From Phoronis australis (Eukaryota > Animalia > Phoronida): a stretch of 64,000 bases of DNA. The DNA is taken from assembly GCA_002633005.1 (NCBI GenBank), contig NMRA01000769.1, forward strand, positions 93,991 to 157,990. The letters run 5' to 3'. The position numbers and the translations under genes are program-made. The notes under the pieces are model-generated. The model searched no databases. It saw only the letters and a list, made by a program, of their open reading frames with translations, and was not told where the DNA came from. Shown here piece after piece: positions 60,237 through 64,000 of the stretch (position 1 is the stretch's first letter; every line of letters begins with the position of its first letter).

Positions 60237-63200
60237 CTGATTTGATTTGGTCGCGTTTTTTTTTTCTTTTTTACTGCTTTTGGCTTTCAAACTTGCCGAA
60301 TCGACTCTCTTAATTGCAGAAAACGGAGAAAGGCCAGCCAAGCTCACGGTTAGACCCGATGGTTCTGTTAGTCAGCGCTGGTTCTGTGTTCAGATCGAAT
60401 CGAGCTTGTTTAAACTGGGTCGAGGGGATTGTGTGCCGAGTGTCAAGGAGGTCGTGGGTCGAGAGGGCCGTCAGTGGGGTGCGGGTTGAGGGGTTTTTTA
60501 GATGATATACCTCACATGCTTGTAGAGAAATGAAATGAAAATTAAAAAAAAGAAGTTTCTTAATACATTAGTTCATATTAGCTCATCTATTATTTCCTTT
60601 TCTTGTGAAGATGCCTTCCATCCTGGTTGTGGTAAAGACTTGGATGAGTGGGTACCTTTTACTGAGGTGTATATCCAGGTTCTCATTCACTCCCTTGCCG
60701 ATACCGTCCGACATTACATGACCGGAGGCCTCAGAGGCGCACCAGCGTTTACGCAATGCTCCGTTGTCTGGCAGTAAGGCCAGAATCTGAATCGTACATC
60801 CGTGTTTTTGTGAATTTAATGACACTCTCGCGAGAAACATACTCAAGTTGATATAGTGATGTTGCGCGCTAAGTCACAGTACAAAATGATTGAATAACAT
60901 AAATTGTTAACCTATGAAAAATCGCTGCGTTATACTAAAACACTGCCAGGATCGACCATTCATTAGGCACACATCTGTGTCACACAATGAATTTTTGCTT
61001 TTCCAAACACTGAAATCGGCTTTTCTGAGAAATTAGCTACCCAATACCTCGACGAGTCAATAAAAAAATTGTAGCCGACCAAACAAGCATGCGTTTCGTA
61101 GTGGTCCGGGAGTCTCGCACACAGCCAGGAATATCACGATGCGAATTTGAGGAAAGCAAAACATCAACGCCGATTTTCGTTTTTAGCCAGGTAAACAAGA
61201 CGATCGCAGCTTATATGATTCGGAAAGAAGTTCACGAGAAGTTGAAATCGACAAGGCAAGAGGATGTAGGTGTGACGTAACACTGAGTTATTTCTCACCT
61301 CCCTTAATTCAATTTCATAAACCAGCGCCTCTGTTGTCACAAATTTCATTTACAAGATGTACGAAACCACGTTAGCTAGGTTTCTCGGCCAACACAAATG
61401 CAGATATTTTTCGTATTTCCCGAACTCTCGACGACCGTGAAGCTGGCGCCGAATCCCTTACTTCCAGCCGTGCACTTTGCAGTGACAAAAAGTTTATAAG
61501 AGGAATGAAATAACCTGACTTGTGTGACGAGTAGGGCAGTCCGTCACGTTATATAACTGAATAAAATGTTTGGTTTTTAAATTCTCTTTTCATTGATTTT
61601 GCCGAAGTGTTATCGATTACAAATAAAACACCTGAGAATGAAACTGAACTTCCAATTAGGATTTCACTTGTAATGTTTAAATCCATACAAACGTCAATGA
61701 CAAGACTCACTTATCACTGAAACCTGCACTTTAACGTTAATGCCGGAGTGCAACTGCTAGGTAGAGCTGCTACTGCAGGCATGGTTGTACGCCTCAATCG
61801 CAATCAATTGAATGTCGAGATCTAAAAACCAATAACCATGCATCCCTACACTGGTGTTGCAAAAGCTGAAGTCAGCATTTCTATTTGACTCATCATGGTT
61901 TGTATAACGGATACGCTGCCTATGAAACTATATTTGCATGCTATGAACAGTCCCACTAAATAAGATTGGTCCTAACCCCGGTCGTCAAGGTAAACGGTGG
62001 GGTATGGAAAATTGAACTAGACCGTATTTAGCCACCTTGGCTGAGTCGCGCTCGGCTCACTATCAAAGGGATGACGCCAAGCTGCTCTATTCATCGAGTC
62101 ACGAGCGAGGATAATTGTGGCTTCGCTCATGCGGATATGATCAGCTGATTACAATCTACCTAGCAGACTGTACGTTTCATGGAGAGAGTTACAAGTAGTT
62201 TTTACTGTAATATTTGAAAAGAGGAGCGAAAACAAATATGAGTACAATTTTGAATTTTTCAAATCCGCCCAGGATAAGAGGTTTTGCAGCACAGCAACAC
62301 TCACGATTACTTTCAATCGGCGCGCACGAACACAAAAATATAGGACCCAAGTTATTTAGATTTTGGAACACATGCATTGCAATATTCAAAATACGTTTAT
62401 TATGAATCTTACAAGCTGTAAAACGACGTTATTAATTTCATTGTGTTCATTCATTGTCATCCGTCAAATCGGCAATTTCCGAGATGTGATCTGCAGCGTG
62501 CGCGTATGTGTACAAAACACGTGATTGTTATGTTCCTGAAGTACGAAATTTTAGAAGGCTTTAGCATGCCGTTATTATTGACTGGGACACGATAAAACGA
62601 ATTTGGATTTTGACTATAGTCTTGATACAGCCCGGGTAGTTCACCTCGTCCCCAACATGTAGATCGAGCCTTGGACTATTAATATTCCACGGCAGAGCTA
62701 ACGACAGTCGGCCTGTGCACACAAAATCTGTGGGTTAACCAGCACTCACCTTGCACGTTGCAGCCGTTTAAGTGAAAAACAATCTAGTAAACGCCATTTT
62801 CTTGCATAATCCTCCGCCTTTTGTAACAAAAAAGTCTGTCGTTGATGACCCGCACACGCACGCTCACTCACTGTCATACGCAGACGAGCTTCAAAACAAA
62901 TGTCACGTGACAACAACATGTGTGTTCATCCAGAGATTTTTCTCGTGTTGTGGGGTACGATGTAGCGCACATTTGGACTTAATCGCAATTAATCTGGACT
63001 CCACATGTACTTTAAAAATTGTAAAACATAAGAAAGATTTCAGGTAATTTGTTGAGTCGAAACTATATTTTTTTTCATGAGTTCAAGTTTTCCTATTGAC
63101 GATCGCGATTCAGCGACGCATCAGTCGGCAAGTTTTCGCCCTGTGATGAGCACAATTGTTTGAAAAATTATCGTAATTCAACAACGGAAGTATAGCAATG

Positions 63201-64000
63201 CACCACAATTTTGTAGAAAGGCTGTCATAGGCTACAAATACATCACAGAGCGTAAATTTGATGAATCCTAGCTTCCGATTTTACCCATTTGGGAAACCGG
63301 GTTTCAACTGCCGTAGGCTCACTACAATAAGGGTCCCCTCCCTGTAAAATGAATTTTTCTAAGTGTTTGTTTGAGCCAATACAGTATACAGCTTTCCACC
63401 AAGGCTAGGTGATGCAAGACATTATTCTTTGTTGCATTATAGTGACTGGTCTTGGCTAATTATCATTTTATGGCCTGGTCATCCATTCAGCCAAAAGTAG
63501 TTCCAGGGGTGGCTTATCAGCCAATTATTCATGCATGCTGACTCACAATAGAAGCCTGATAAGAGTGAAGGTGGATAAATGCAGTGTTCCTACAGTTTCT
63601 TGTGCTAGTGGATGTGTTCACAACATGATAGTGTATCTGCCTATGTTATGTACAGTACTTTTCAAAGAAGTTGACGAATTCTTCTCACTTAGCAAAATTG
63701 GTGAAAGTGCAAAACCTAAACTTCTAGTTGGTGTAAAAGGATCTGGATCTTCCTTTTTTGCTATTCACTATTAGTTTCAATTTGTGAAGCCAGACGAATT
63801 ACGATTAAATTTTCCAGGTTTTTAAAAGCTCACTGTTTGTATGGATGTAACTATGTCTATGCATTTATGTATAGATATGTAAATTTCTGTGCATGTGGAC
63901 ATTTGGCGATACATTGTTTTTTCAATACTTTGTTTTTTGTTTTTAAGATTTTAAATTATTTGAAGGAAATGGCAAAATAGAATGAATTACTTTGATTGAC

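Overview
AT-rich, repeat-dense animal genomic DNA with GT-AG introns. It is probably a marine invertebrate (lophotrochozoan/mollusc-like); that is an impression, not a demonstration. Four protein-coding genes are supported. (1) A single-coding-exon, signal-peptide-bearing multi-pass membrane protein of unknown function (2804-4969, +). (2) NCKIPSD/SPIN90 on the - strand, rebuilt by hand as 11 phase-consistent coding exons (41865 to 25996; 1923 nt, 640 aa). (3) A class A GPCR with a single coding exon, nested antisense inside NCKIPSD intron 3 (36256-37275, +). (4) A GT31 beta-1,3-galactosyltransferase-like gene (51558-52787, -). Most of the rest is transposon debris whose ends and target-site duplications (TSDs) can be read directly. 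This includes Kolobok-type elements (TTAA), a decayed intron-containing Academ-like element with long TIRs holding a nested IS3EU-like element that itself holds a 5-bp-TSD hAT-like element, a mariner remnant, a 5'-truncated LINE, a Penelope-like end, MITEs and minisatellites. Single-N junctions flank local duplications that may be collapsed haplotypes. All family assignments come from motif recognition; no database search was run.
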